From contig JAYENL010000016.1 in the NCBI GenBank assembly GCA_034722055.1, positions 1-15,551 of the forward strand: a DNA stretch of 15,551 nt, in the 5' to 3' direction. A program made the position numbers and the translations under genes. Source of the DNA: Armatimonadota bacterium. GTDB lineage: Bacteria > Armatimonadota > Zipacnadia > Zipacnadales > UBA5352. Below, piece after piece: positions 7,718 to 14,592 of this stretch (within the stretch, counting starts at the first letter, position 1; the number at the start of each line of letters is the position of its first letter). Under the pieces are notes generated by a model. It ran no database searches. It worked only from the letters and a program-made list of their open reading frames with translations, and had not been told where the DNA came from.

Positions 7718-8858
7718 CGGCCACCTCCCGGTAGATGTCACTCACGACCTTCGCGTGCGCCACCCAGGTGAAGCGCGCGGCGTGGCCGCACCCCTGCCGC
7801 CGCAGCTCCTGGCGGCGGGCATCGTCCCGCAGCAGCTTCGCGAGCTCCGCGGCCAGTCCCTCCGGGCCCGCCGAGAGAGGCACCAGCGCAGCGGCGCTGC
7901 CGGCGACCTGTGGGAGGGCACCGCCGTCGGAGATGACCGCCGGCGTCCCGCAGGCCATGGCCTCCAGCGGCACCAGCCCGAAGCCCTCATGCTGCGACCA
8001 CTGCACCACCAAGTCCGCGCCCGAGTAGAGCGCGGGCAGGTCCTCGTGCGGCACCCAGTCGAGCCACCGGATGCGGTTCGTCACCGGGCTCTGCTGCATG
8101 GCCGCACGGATCGGCCCGTGACGCCAGCCGCGCTTGCCCGCAATCACCAGGTGGTGCGGAGCCTCCTCAGCGAGGTATCCGAAGGCGGCGATGACGCCCT
8201 CCAGGTTCTTACGCGGCTCCAGGTTGCCCACGCACAGCAGGTAGGGGGCGTCCAGGCCGAAGCTCTCGCGCATCCGGGCGATCTCATCCTCATCGGCGGG
8301 GCTGAACTGCTCATCCACGCCCAGGGGGGCCACTCGGACCCGCTCCGGCGGAGCGCCGATGTGCTCGATGACCTCCTGCCGCGTGAACTGGGAGGGCACG
8401 ATGACCGCGTCGGCCCTCCGCGCGCTCCTGGTCATCACGGTCCTGTAGTGCAGCACGTTCAGGCGCTTGCACCACTCCGGGTGGCAGACCGTGATGGCAT
8501 CGTAGATGGAGACCACAGACGGTCCGCCCCAGGCCATGGGCAGCACGTAGGCCGCTCCATGCAGCAGGTCCACGCCCCTCGAGCGCAGGGCGCGCGGGAG
8601 CGCTATCTGCTCCCAGGCCACGCGGCCGGCGCGCCATCGCGTCCATCCCGGCGCCTCAATGAGCTCCGAGCCCGGCGGAGCCGGCACCGCATCCTCCGTG
8701 CCGGGGGAAACAACGAGACCGAAGCGCAGCCCCTCAGGCCGCAGCTCGGTCAGCCCGCGCACCAGTCCCGCCACCGCCCGCTCGACCCCGGACGGCCGCG
8801 GTCCCGCCACCAGGCAGTCGATGGCCACGCAGCAGTCCCCGGCCCCGCCTTCACTCAT
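7710..8858 (-). CDS. Glycosyltransferase family 4, MtfB/WbpY-like
   Basis: SGVER, WEQIALP, VVSIYD, VGNLEPRKNL, AGKRGW, EGFGLVPLEAMACGTP. ATGA overlap with upstream gene. Confidence 0.92.
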   Translation of the reverse strand: MSEGGAGDCCVAIDCLVAGPRPSGVERAVAGLVRGLTELRPEGLRFGLVVSPGTEDAVPAPPGSELIEAPGWTRWRAGRVAWEQIALPRALRSRGVDLLHGAAYVLPMAWGGPSVVSIYDAITVCHPEWCKRLNVLHYRTVMTRSARRADAVIVPSQFTRQEVIEHIGAPPERVRVAPLGVDEQFSPADEDEIARMRESFGLDAPYLLCVGNLEPRKNLEGVIAAFGYLAEEAPHHLVIAGKRGWRHGPIRAAMQQSPVTNRIRWLDWVPHEDLPALYSGADLVVQWSQHEGFGLVPLEAMACGTPAVISDGGALPQVAGSAAALVPLSAGPEGLAAELAKLLRDDARRQELRRQGCGHAARFTWVAHAKVVSDIYREVAGA

Positions 8859-10018
8859 CGCGGTCCTCTGGCGAGCGCCTCCTCGTAGAGGTCCTCGGTG
8901 AGCCGCGCCATGCGCTCGGCGTTGAACATCCCGTCGATGCGCCGCTTCGCGGCCTCTCCCATGCGCTCCGGGCCGCCCTCGCGCCGCAGCAGCTCCAGCG
9001 CGCGCGAGGCCATCGGCTCGGCGTCGCCCGGCGGCACCAGGATGCCGCTGACGCCGTCCTCGATGATCTCCGACGGCCCGCAGCTATCGGCCGCCACGCA
9101 GGGCACCCCCAGGCTCATGGCCTCCATCACCGCCCGGCCCAGCGGCTCATCCTCCGCGGGATGCAGCAGCAGGTCCATGGCCGCCATGACGGAGGCGATG
9201 TCCTCCCGGTAGCCCGTGAACACCGCCCGGCTCTCCAGTCCCAGGTCGCGCGCCAACCGGCGCAGCTCCAGGCCGTACTCCGGATGCTCGCCGAACAGGT
9301 CCGCGCCCACGATGGCGAACCAGGCCTGCGGGCGGTGGGCGAGGATGCGCGCGGCCGCCTCCAGGAACAGGTCCTGGCGCTTCCACGGCACAATCTGGCC
9401 GACCGTCCCGACCAGGATGGCATCGTGCGGGACACCCAGCCCCTCGCGCACCTCCTGGCGCGGGCGTTCGGGCCTGAAGAGGACCGTGTCCACCCCATTG
9501 TAGATGAGCGTGGTCTTGCGGCCCGCGTCGCGGCTGGAGTCGATGACCCTGTCGGCGACGCATGTGGAGATGGCGGCGATGCGCGTGGCCCGGGCAGTCA
9601 TCCACCGCACGGCGCGCTCCGGCGCGTGCAGGTCGCGGGCGTGCCAGACAACCGGCATCCTGCGGCCCAGGCTCATCGATGCCGCCATGCCCGCCGTGAG
9701 GCTGTTAGCCGCCGCCAGGTCGGCGCCAAGCTCCTCGGCCGCCACCACCAGCTTCCCGGCCCATACGCGCAGCCGAACTGTCCGTGCGATCATCTGCCAC
9801 GGGTTGCGCGGGCGCGCCAGCCGCAGCTCGGGCACCAGCGCCACCGGCACCTCCAGATCCTCAAGCTCCCGCGCCAGCGGCCCAGCCGGGACCGCCGCCA
9901 CGGGTCGGATGCGCGTGCGGTCGAGGTGCCGCACCATCGTCAGCATGCTCTTCTCGGCGCCGCTGATCTCCCCCACGTGGTTCACCAGCAGCGCCCGAGG
10001 GACGGTCCGGCTATCCAT
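8855..10018 (-). CDS. Glycosyltransferase family 4
   Basis: ISGAEKSM, PVVWHARD, IYNGVD, VGQIVPWKRQ, FTGYRED, EPLGRAVMEAMSLGVP. Confidence 0.92.
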   Translation of the reverse strand: MDSRTVPRALLVNHVGEISGAEKSMLTMVRHLDRTRIRPVAAVPAGPLARELEDLEVPVALVPELRLARPRNPWQMIARTVRLRVWAGKLVVAAEELGADLAAANSLTAGMAASMSLGRRMPVVWHARDLHAPERAVRWMTARATRIAAISTCVADRVIDSSRDAGRKTTLIYNGVDTVLFRPERPRQEVREGLGVPHDAILVGTVGQIVPWKRQDLFLEAAARILAHRPQAWFAIVGADLFGEHPEYGLELRRLARDLGLESRAVFTGYREDIASVMAAMDLLLHPAEDEPLGRAVMEAMSLGVPCVAADSCGPSEIIEDGVSGILVPPGDAEPMASRALELLRREGGPERMGEAAKRRIDGMFNAERMARLTEDLYEEALARGPR

Positions 10019-10889
10019 GACCGTCCCCGCCCGCCGTGGGGTAGCGCTCCGCCAGCCACCTCAGGCTGACCTCGATCACCTCGTCCTCCCAGCCGAGGGA
10101 GTAGAAGGCGTGGTTGGCACCCTCCACCACGTGGGAGTTGAAGGCTCGCCCGGCCCGCCGGGACAGCTCCTCGTAGTGCTCCAGGGCACTGGGCGCGGTC
10201 GGGTCATTGCCGCCGTAGATGAAGAGCACCTCGCCCTCCAAGCGCACGAAGCGATCGTACCAGTCGATCTCCCGGTCGGACTCGGCGCCCTCCTCCCCCG
10301 CTCCCTTGCCCCCACGCGTGAGCGCACGCAGGATCATCCGAGGCTGTAGGCGCCCCGCGAAGAGCTTCGACCAGGTCTCCCGCCGGAAGAGCTTCGCGAC
10401 GTAGGTGGCGTAGATGCTGCGGCGCTTGGCGCGGTCGGCCTCCGCTCGATCCCCAGCCACGATGGGCGCAGACCACAGCACCAGGGAGTCGATACGCTCA
10501 TCCAGCGGCCCGGCGCCAATGGCGACCTCGCTGCCGGAGCAGTCCCCGATCAGCGCCGCGCGCTCCACACCCACCTCCTCACAGACCATCCCCACCGCCG
10601 CCTGCGCGTCCTCGATCATCGTCGAGAGCGTGGTGGCCTCGGCGTCGCCCTCGCTGTCGCCCCGGCCGCGGAAGTCGAAGCGCAGACATGGGAAGCCCCG
10701 GTCGGTCGCCCGCCGCGCCATCTTCGTGAACATCTGATGCGGGCCGATCCGATAGCCGGCCCAGCCGTGCAGGAAGACCAGGGCGCCGTCGCGGCCGGGC
10801 CGCTGAGGCTCGTGCAGCACTCCCAGCACGCGCTGTCCGTGACTGGTGAAGAACAGATGTCGCTCTGTGAGCTGCGTGACTTCGGTCAT
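10011..10889 (-). CDS. Alpha/beta-hydrolase-fold protein resembling exosortase-A-system 'hydrolase 1' (TIGR03100-like); nucleophile elbow GDCSG
   Basis: YRIGPHQMF..MAR, LRFDFRGRGDSEG, IGDCSG, IYGGNDP (Asp), VEGANHAF (His). Start ATG 10889 overlaps the upstream stop as ATGA. Confidence 0.8.
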   Translation of the reverse strand: MTEVTQLTERHLFFTSHGQRVLGVLHEPQRPGRDGALVFLHGWAGYRIGPHQMFTKMARRATDRGFPCLRFDFRGRGDSEGDAEATTLSTMIEDAQAAVGMVCEEVGVERAALIGDCSGSEVAIGAGPLDERIDSLVLWSAPIVAGDRAEADRAKRRSIYATYVAKLFRRETWSKLFAGRLQPRMILRALTRGGKGAGEEGAESDREIDWYDRFVRLEGEVLFIYGGNDPTAPSALEHYEELSRRAGRAFNSHVVEGANHAFYSLGWEDEVIEVSLRWLAERYPTAGGDGHG

Positions 10890-11704
10890 CGCATCTGCTG
10901 CAACCATTCCACAGTGAGCTGAGTGGTCGGTGTGGCGTCGATGACGCCGATGCGCTGCCAGACGGGCTCCTGGCGGACCGCCGCGGCGCTGCCAGCGGGG
11001 TAGCAGTCGGCAAGCAGGCGCAGCGGCTCGGCGACCGAATCACTCGTCGAGAGGTTCACGACGAGCACCGGGCCGGGGAAGCCGCGCGGCTGGTCCAGGA
11101 GGTTGCTCGCCGCGATCTGCTCCCGCATGCGCTCGGGCACCTGGTAGCCGTCGAAGTCCACCGTGCCCTCGCCCAGGGCGTGGGCCTGCCCGGCGGCGCC
11201 ATCGGCGTCCTCGCCGCCCTCATGGCGCGTCATCATGGCCTTGATGATCGATCGCCGCAGGTTCTCGTGGATGTAACGCTCCCCGTCCACAATCGGCTCC
11301 CAGAGCACCAGGCAGTCCACGTCATCGCGCTCCTCGGCCACCCGGGCTGCCAGGGCGCCGCCGAGGCGGAGCCCCAGCAGACCGGCGCGGCGCGGCGACA
11401 GCTCGCCGCGCAGCCAGTCGAGGGCGGAGTGCAGGTCGGCCCCCCACCCGCTCAGGTCGCACTCGCCGAACTCTCCGGGGCTGTCGCCGCACCCCCGCAG
11501 GTCGAAACGCAATGCCGCCCAGCCGGCCTCCGCGAAGGCCCGCGCGGCCTCCACCATCGTCCGGTGAGCGCACTTCTTCTCCTCCGCGAACGGATGGCAG
11601 AAGACGAAAGCCCCCGCCGCCGGATCCTCAGGCAGATGAAGCACGCCGTGCAGCCCCCGCCCCCCACTCTCGATGGTGACCAGGCGCTCCTCGAGCGCAA
11701 CCAC
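10886..11704 (-). CDS. Alpha/beta-hydrolase-fold protein resembling exosortase-A-system 'hydrolase 2' (TIGR03101-like); lacks catalytic nucleophile
   Basis: HPFAEEKK..HR.M..AAR, LRFDLRGCGDSPGEF, LLGLRLGG (Arg at the nucleophile position), LVLWEPIVDG. Confidence 0.8.
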   Translation of the reverse strand: MVALEERLVTIESGGRGLHGVLHLPEDPAAGAFVFCHPFAEEKKCAHRTMVEAARAFAEAGWAALRFDLRGCGDSPGEFGECDLSGWGADLHSALDWLRGELSPRRAGLLGLRLGGALAARVAEERDDVDCLVLWEPIVDGERYIHENLRRSIIKAMMTRHEGGEDADGAAGQAHALGEGTVDFDGYQVPERMREQIAASNLLDQPRGFPGPVLVVNLSTSDSVAEPLRLLADCYPAGSAAAVRQEPVWQRIGVIDATPTTQLTVEWLQQMR

Positions 11705-11710
11705 GGGCCG

Positions 11711-11965
11711 TCAGCTCCGCTTCCTCTCGACGTACTCCGCGAGGCTGTCCACCGTCGCGAAGAGGTCCACGCTGAAGTCCTCGTCCTCAAACGAGATCTC
11801 AAAGTGCTCCTCCAGCCCCACCACGATCTCGAAGAGATTGACGGAGTCGATGTCGTAGTTCTCCATCAGGTTCTCATCGTCGGCGATCTGTGCGGGTTCC
11901 ACATCCAGGAACAGCCGCTCCACGATCATCTCCTTGAGCTGCTGCTTGAGCTGGTCATCGGCCAT
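11711..11965 (-). CDS. Acyl carrier protein (stand-alone)
   Basis: 84 aa, very acidic; DIDSVNLFEIVVGLEEHFEI contains the phosphopantetheine Ser; FATVDSLAEYV; SD GGAGGAG upstream. Confidence 0.92.
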   Translation of the reverse strand: MADDQLKQQLKEMIVERLFLDVEPAQIADDENLMENYDIDSVNLFEIVVGLEEHFEISFEDEDFSVDLFATVDSLAEYVERKRS

Positions 11966-12001
11966 CTATGCGCACTCCTCCGTCAGATGGTGCAGCCGGC
12001 G

Positions 12002-12880
12002 TCAGTCAATGATCGGCGGGACGCCCGTCTGCTCGATGGGCTGGGTCTCGAGCTGCTGCCACTGGCACTGCTCGTCCGGCGGCCCGCCCTCCTGTGAGAA
12101 CATGTGGCGCCAGCGGCGCTTGAACTCCATGCCGTTGCGGATGGTGATGTACCTGTAGTTGACGTCCGGGGAGCCGTCGGTGGTCACGGATTCGTAGTGG
12201 TACATCTCCGCCTGCGGATCATAGACCACCGTCCAGCCCGCCTCGCGCGCCCGATAGCAGAAGTCGAAATCCTCGTACTGGGCCGGGTTGAAGACCTCGT
12301 CGAGCCCGCCGATCTCCTCCGGCACCTCCCGCCTCATCAGCCAGCAGGCGCTGATGAGGCACTGCACCTCGCGGCGCCGGCTGTGCTCCGGGGAGTCGAT
12401 GGGCTGCCCGCGACCGAGATACTTCACGCGCCCATTGGGCGAGATGGCAGCGCCGGCGTGCTGGATGGTGTAGGGCTCGAAGGGGAACACCAGCTTCGGG
12501 CCTACGATCCCGAACTCGGCGTCCTCCGCGAGCACGTCCGCCAGGATGTCCAGCCAGTCTCGGCTGCGCACCGCAATGTCATTGTCCATAAAGCCGATCA
12601 GCCACCCGGACGCCACCTCCAGGCCCTGATTGCGGGCAGTGCAGGCGCCGACGTTGGAGTCGTTGCGGATCAGATCGAACCGCACGCCCTCCGCCTGCGC
12701 CAGGGCCGGGAACTCATCTTGCAGGAACGCCACCGTGCCATCCTCGGAGCCATTGTCGATGACCACGATCTGCGCCGGACGCGGCTGGCCGTGCAGCATG
12801 CTGGTGAGGCACAGCTCCGTGTAGCTGCGCTTGTTGTAGCTGACGACGATTATGGTCGCGTCGATGGTGCCAGGTGTCAC
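12002..12880 (-). CDS. Glycosyltransferase family 2 (WbbL/WfgS-like)
   Basis: IIVVSYN, VIDNGSEDGT, ARNQG, FMDNDI (DxD), GIVGPKL, SACWLMRRE, GGLDE.F, YEDFDFCYRA. Start moved to GTG 12880 (GGAGGAG 7 nt upstream); the ORF-track extension reads through REP repeats. Confidence 0.9.
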   Translation of the reverse strand: MTPGTIDATIIVVSYNKRSYTELCLTSMLHGQPRPAQIVVIDNGSEDGTVAFLQDEFPALAQAEGVRFDLIRNDSNVGACTARNQGLEVASGWLIGFMDNDIAVRSRDWLDILADVLAEDAEFGIVGPKLVFPFEPYTIQHAGAAISPNGRVKYLGRGQPIDSPEHSRRREVQCLISACWLMRREVPEEIGGLDEVFNPAQYEDFDFCYRAREAGWTVVYDPQAEMYHYESVTTDGSPDVNYRYITIRNGMEFKRRWRHMFSQEGGPPDEQCQWQQLETQPIEQTGVPPIID

Positions 12881-12902
12881 ATCGCGTCTCCTCCAGCCTG
12901 CA

Positions 12903-12908
12903 ATCATA
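12903..12908 (-). promoter_or_regulatory. Candidate -10 box TATGAT for the glycan operon
   Basis: Minus strand GGTATGATTGCAGGCTGGAGGAG...GTG; 5/6 match to TATAAT just upstream of the SD; no convincing -35. Confidence 0.4.
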
Positions 12909-12928
12909 CCGGACCGGCGAACGGCTTT

Positions 12929-12951
12929 GTCGGGCTGGAAGCCCGACCTAC
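12929..12951 (-). repeat. GTAG-footed REP-like palindrome, copy 1
   Basis: Minus strand GTAG-GTCGGGCT-TCC-AGCCCGAC, perfect 8-bp stem. Confidence 0.75.
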
Positions 12952-12999
12952 GCGAAGCGACCCCGACCTCCGCGTTTGCAGTACCAGCGGCTCTGCCCC

Positions 13000-13016
13000 G
13001 GAAGCCTGACCTACGC
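13000..13016 (-). repeat. Partial/degenerate copy of the GTAG REP
   Basis: ggaagcctgacctacgc differs by one base from ggaagcccgacctacgc; the other arm is lost. A further remnant cccgacctccgcg lies near 12962-12974. Confidence 0.55.
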
Positions 13017-13274
13017 ACGCGCGGAGGCCGTCTGCCGTTCCGTGGCACGCACACTGCAGACCTCTAGTCTCGGTGCGTGCGCCGTTCGTGGCCCTCGAAC
13101 CCTTCCGCGAGAATGGGAGGCGAGCGCCACCGCCCGGAGGCGTTTCTGCGCCTCTGCCCATAGCCACAGCCCCCCCGCCTGCGGGCCGACGGCCCGCTCG
13201 ACCTTCGAACGACCACGGCCGAGCCCGAGCGTAGTCGCGCCCCTCCAAACGGCACGACCAACGCCTCAACGGCA

Positions 13275-13299
13275 GGCGGGCTAGGCAGCCCGCCCCTCC
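13275..13299 (-). repeat. GGAG-footed REP-like palindrome
   Basis: Minus strand GGAG-G-GGCGGGCT-GCCT-AGCCCGCC, 8-bp stem; a decayed sister copy ends at 13246, 53 nt to the left. Confidence 0.6.
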
Positions 13300-13331
13300 G
13301 TACGGCAAAGGTTCGTCCCGCGTCGCCGTCC

Positions 13332-13394
13332 GGAGCGGACGGGTCTTCAGACCCGTCCGCCGTTTGTCGTTGCCGGGCTGGAAGCCCGACCTAC
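13332..13394. repeat. Convergent REP doublet (REPIN/BIME-like)
   Basis: Plus strand GGAG-CGGACGGGTCT-TC-AGACCCGTCCG (13332-13359), then minus strand GTAG-GTCGGGCT-TCC-AGCCCGGC (13394-13372), 22/23 identical to copy 1. Confidence 0.7.
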
Positions 13395-13413
13395 GCGTCT
13401 TCCGCTGCTCCGC

Positions 13414-14391
13414 TCAGTAGCTTAGCACATCCGCGGCCGCCTGCGCGATGTCCCGCCAGTCAGGCGTGGCCGCCTCCTCCAGCACGCGGCTGGCCGGGAC
13501 GGGCACATCCAGCGCCGCCAGCCGTCGCGGCGGCGCCTCCAGGAGGTCGAAGCACTCCTCCGTGATGCGCTGCGCGATCTCCGCCGCCACCCCGCCGGTC
13601 AGATGCCCCTCCTCGATGACCACCGCGCGCCCGGTCCTGTCCACCGACGCCGCCACAGTCGCCATGTCCAGCGGCGCCAGCGTGCGGAGGTCGATGACCT
13701 CCGCCGCCACCTCGTGCTCCGCCAGCACCTCGGCAGCTCGCAGGGCCTCGTCCACCATCCGCGAGTACGCCACGAGCGTGACGTCATCACCATCCCGGCG
13801 CACCACCGCCTCGCCCAGCGGCACCAGGTGCTCGCCCTCAGGCACCTCGCCACGCTGGCCGTAGAGCAGCTTGCTCTCGATGAAGATCACCGGGTCGTCG
13901 CAGCGAATGGCGGTCTTGAGCATCCCCTTGGCGTCGGCGGCCGTTGCCGGCGCGGCCACCAGCAGCCCCGGCGTGGCGACCAGCCAGCGCTCCAGGCTCT
14001 GCGAGTGGGTCGGCCCGTAGCAGCGGCCCGCGCCGGCCGGGCAGCGCAGCACCAGCGGGATCCTGCACTGCTGGCCGTACTGGTAGCGGAACTTGGCGGC
14101 GTGGTTGCAGAGCTGATCCATGGCCAGCGCCAGGAAGTCCATGAACATCAGCTCCGCGACCGGCCGGAGCCCGGTCATGGCGGCGCCCACACCCACGCCC
14201 ACGAACCCGTTCTCGGAGATGGGTGTGTTACGCACGCGCTCCTTGCCGAAGCGCTCGGCCATGTCGCGCGTGACCTTGAAGGCCCCGCCGTACTCGGCGA
14301 TGTCCTCGCCAATGAGGATGACGCGCTCGTCGCGCGCCATCTCCTCCTCCAGCCCCTCCCTGATTGCGTGCGAGTAGTAGATCTCTCTCAT
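13414..14391 (-). CDS. 2-oxoacid/acetoin dehydrogenase E1 component beta subunit (PdhB/AcoB-like, ThDP-dependent)
   Basis: EEMARDERV..IGEDI..YGGAFKVT, RVRNTPISE, GLRPVAELMFMDF, DQL.NHAAK, HSQSLE, DPVIFIE, EVIDLRTLAPLD. Substrate not assignable. Confidence 0.93.
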   Translation of the reverse strand: MREIYYSHAIREGLEEEMARDERVILIGEDIAEYGGAFKVTRDMAERFGKERVRNTPISENGFVGVGVGAAMTGLRPVAELMFMDFLALAMDQLCNHAAKFRYQYGQQCRIPLVLRCPAGAGRCYGPTHSQSLERWLVATPGLLVAAPATAADAKGMLKTAIRCDDPVIFIESKLLYGQRGEVPEGEHLVPLGEAVVRRDGDDVTLVAYSRMVDEALRAAEVLAEHEVAAEVIDLRTLAPLDMATVAASVDRTGRAVVIEEGHLTGGVAAEIAQRITEECFDLLEAPPRRLAALDVPVPASRVLEEAATPDWRDIAQAAADVLSY

Positions 14392-14428
14392 GGTGAGACG
14401 GCGGCCCGCCTGGCATCGCTCCTGCTAT

Positions 14429-14437
14429 AGGTTAACA
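14429..14437 (-). promoter_or_regulatory. Candidate extended -10 (TG-T-TAACCT) upstream of the E1-beta gene
   Basis: Minus strand GCGTGTTAACCTATAGC, the most AT-rich patch in the spacer; no -35 match. Confidence 0.35.
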
Positions 14438-14490
14438 CGCTCGCCCGCAGAAAGGTGCGTCCACGTGCGGAACTACTGAAGGCAACGGCA

Positions 14491-14531
14491 GTGGCCCTAT
14501 GGGCCACCCCCGACGAGGGCGTCGGGGCCAC
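14491..14531. repeat. Two adjacent hairpins; GTGG-footed REP-like element
   Basis: GTGGCCC-tat-GGGCCAC (14491-14507) and CCCCGACG-aggg-CGTCGGGG followed by CCAC (14508-14531; GTGG foot on the minus strand). Confidence 0.55.
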
Positions 14532-14592
14532 ACCATCACGAGACCGCCCGATTAGCGCGATCGGCCCGGGGCAACGGCTTACCTGCCGGGTC

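Noticed and set aside
12874..13308. Small ORFs in the repeat spacer (12904..13308, 13064..13261, 12874..13284) and the 58-aa GT2 extension
   Set aside because: They translate repeat DNA (RRSGFQPD-type peptides), lack codon bias, and a strong SD supports the start at 12880.
12929..13394. Possible CRISPR array
   Set aside because: Repeats are irregularly spaced, heterogeneous and in both orientations, and there are no cas genes; a REP interpretation fits better.
14228..14416. Out-of-frame upstream ORF with AGGAG, suggesting a uORF or frameshift in E1-beta
   Set aside because: AGGAG is only 2 nt from that ATG, and the E1-beta N-terminus is complete from 14391.
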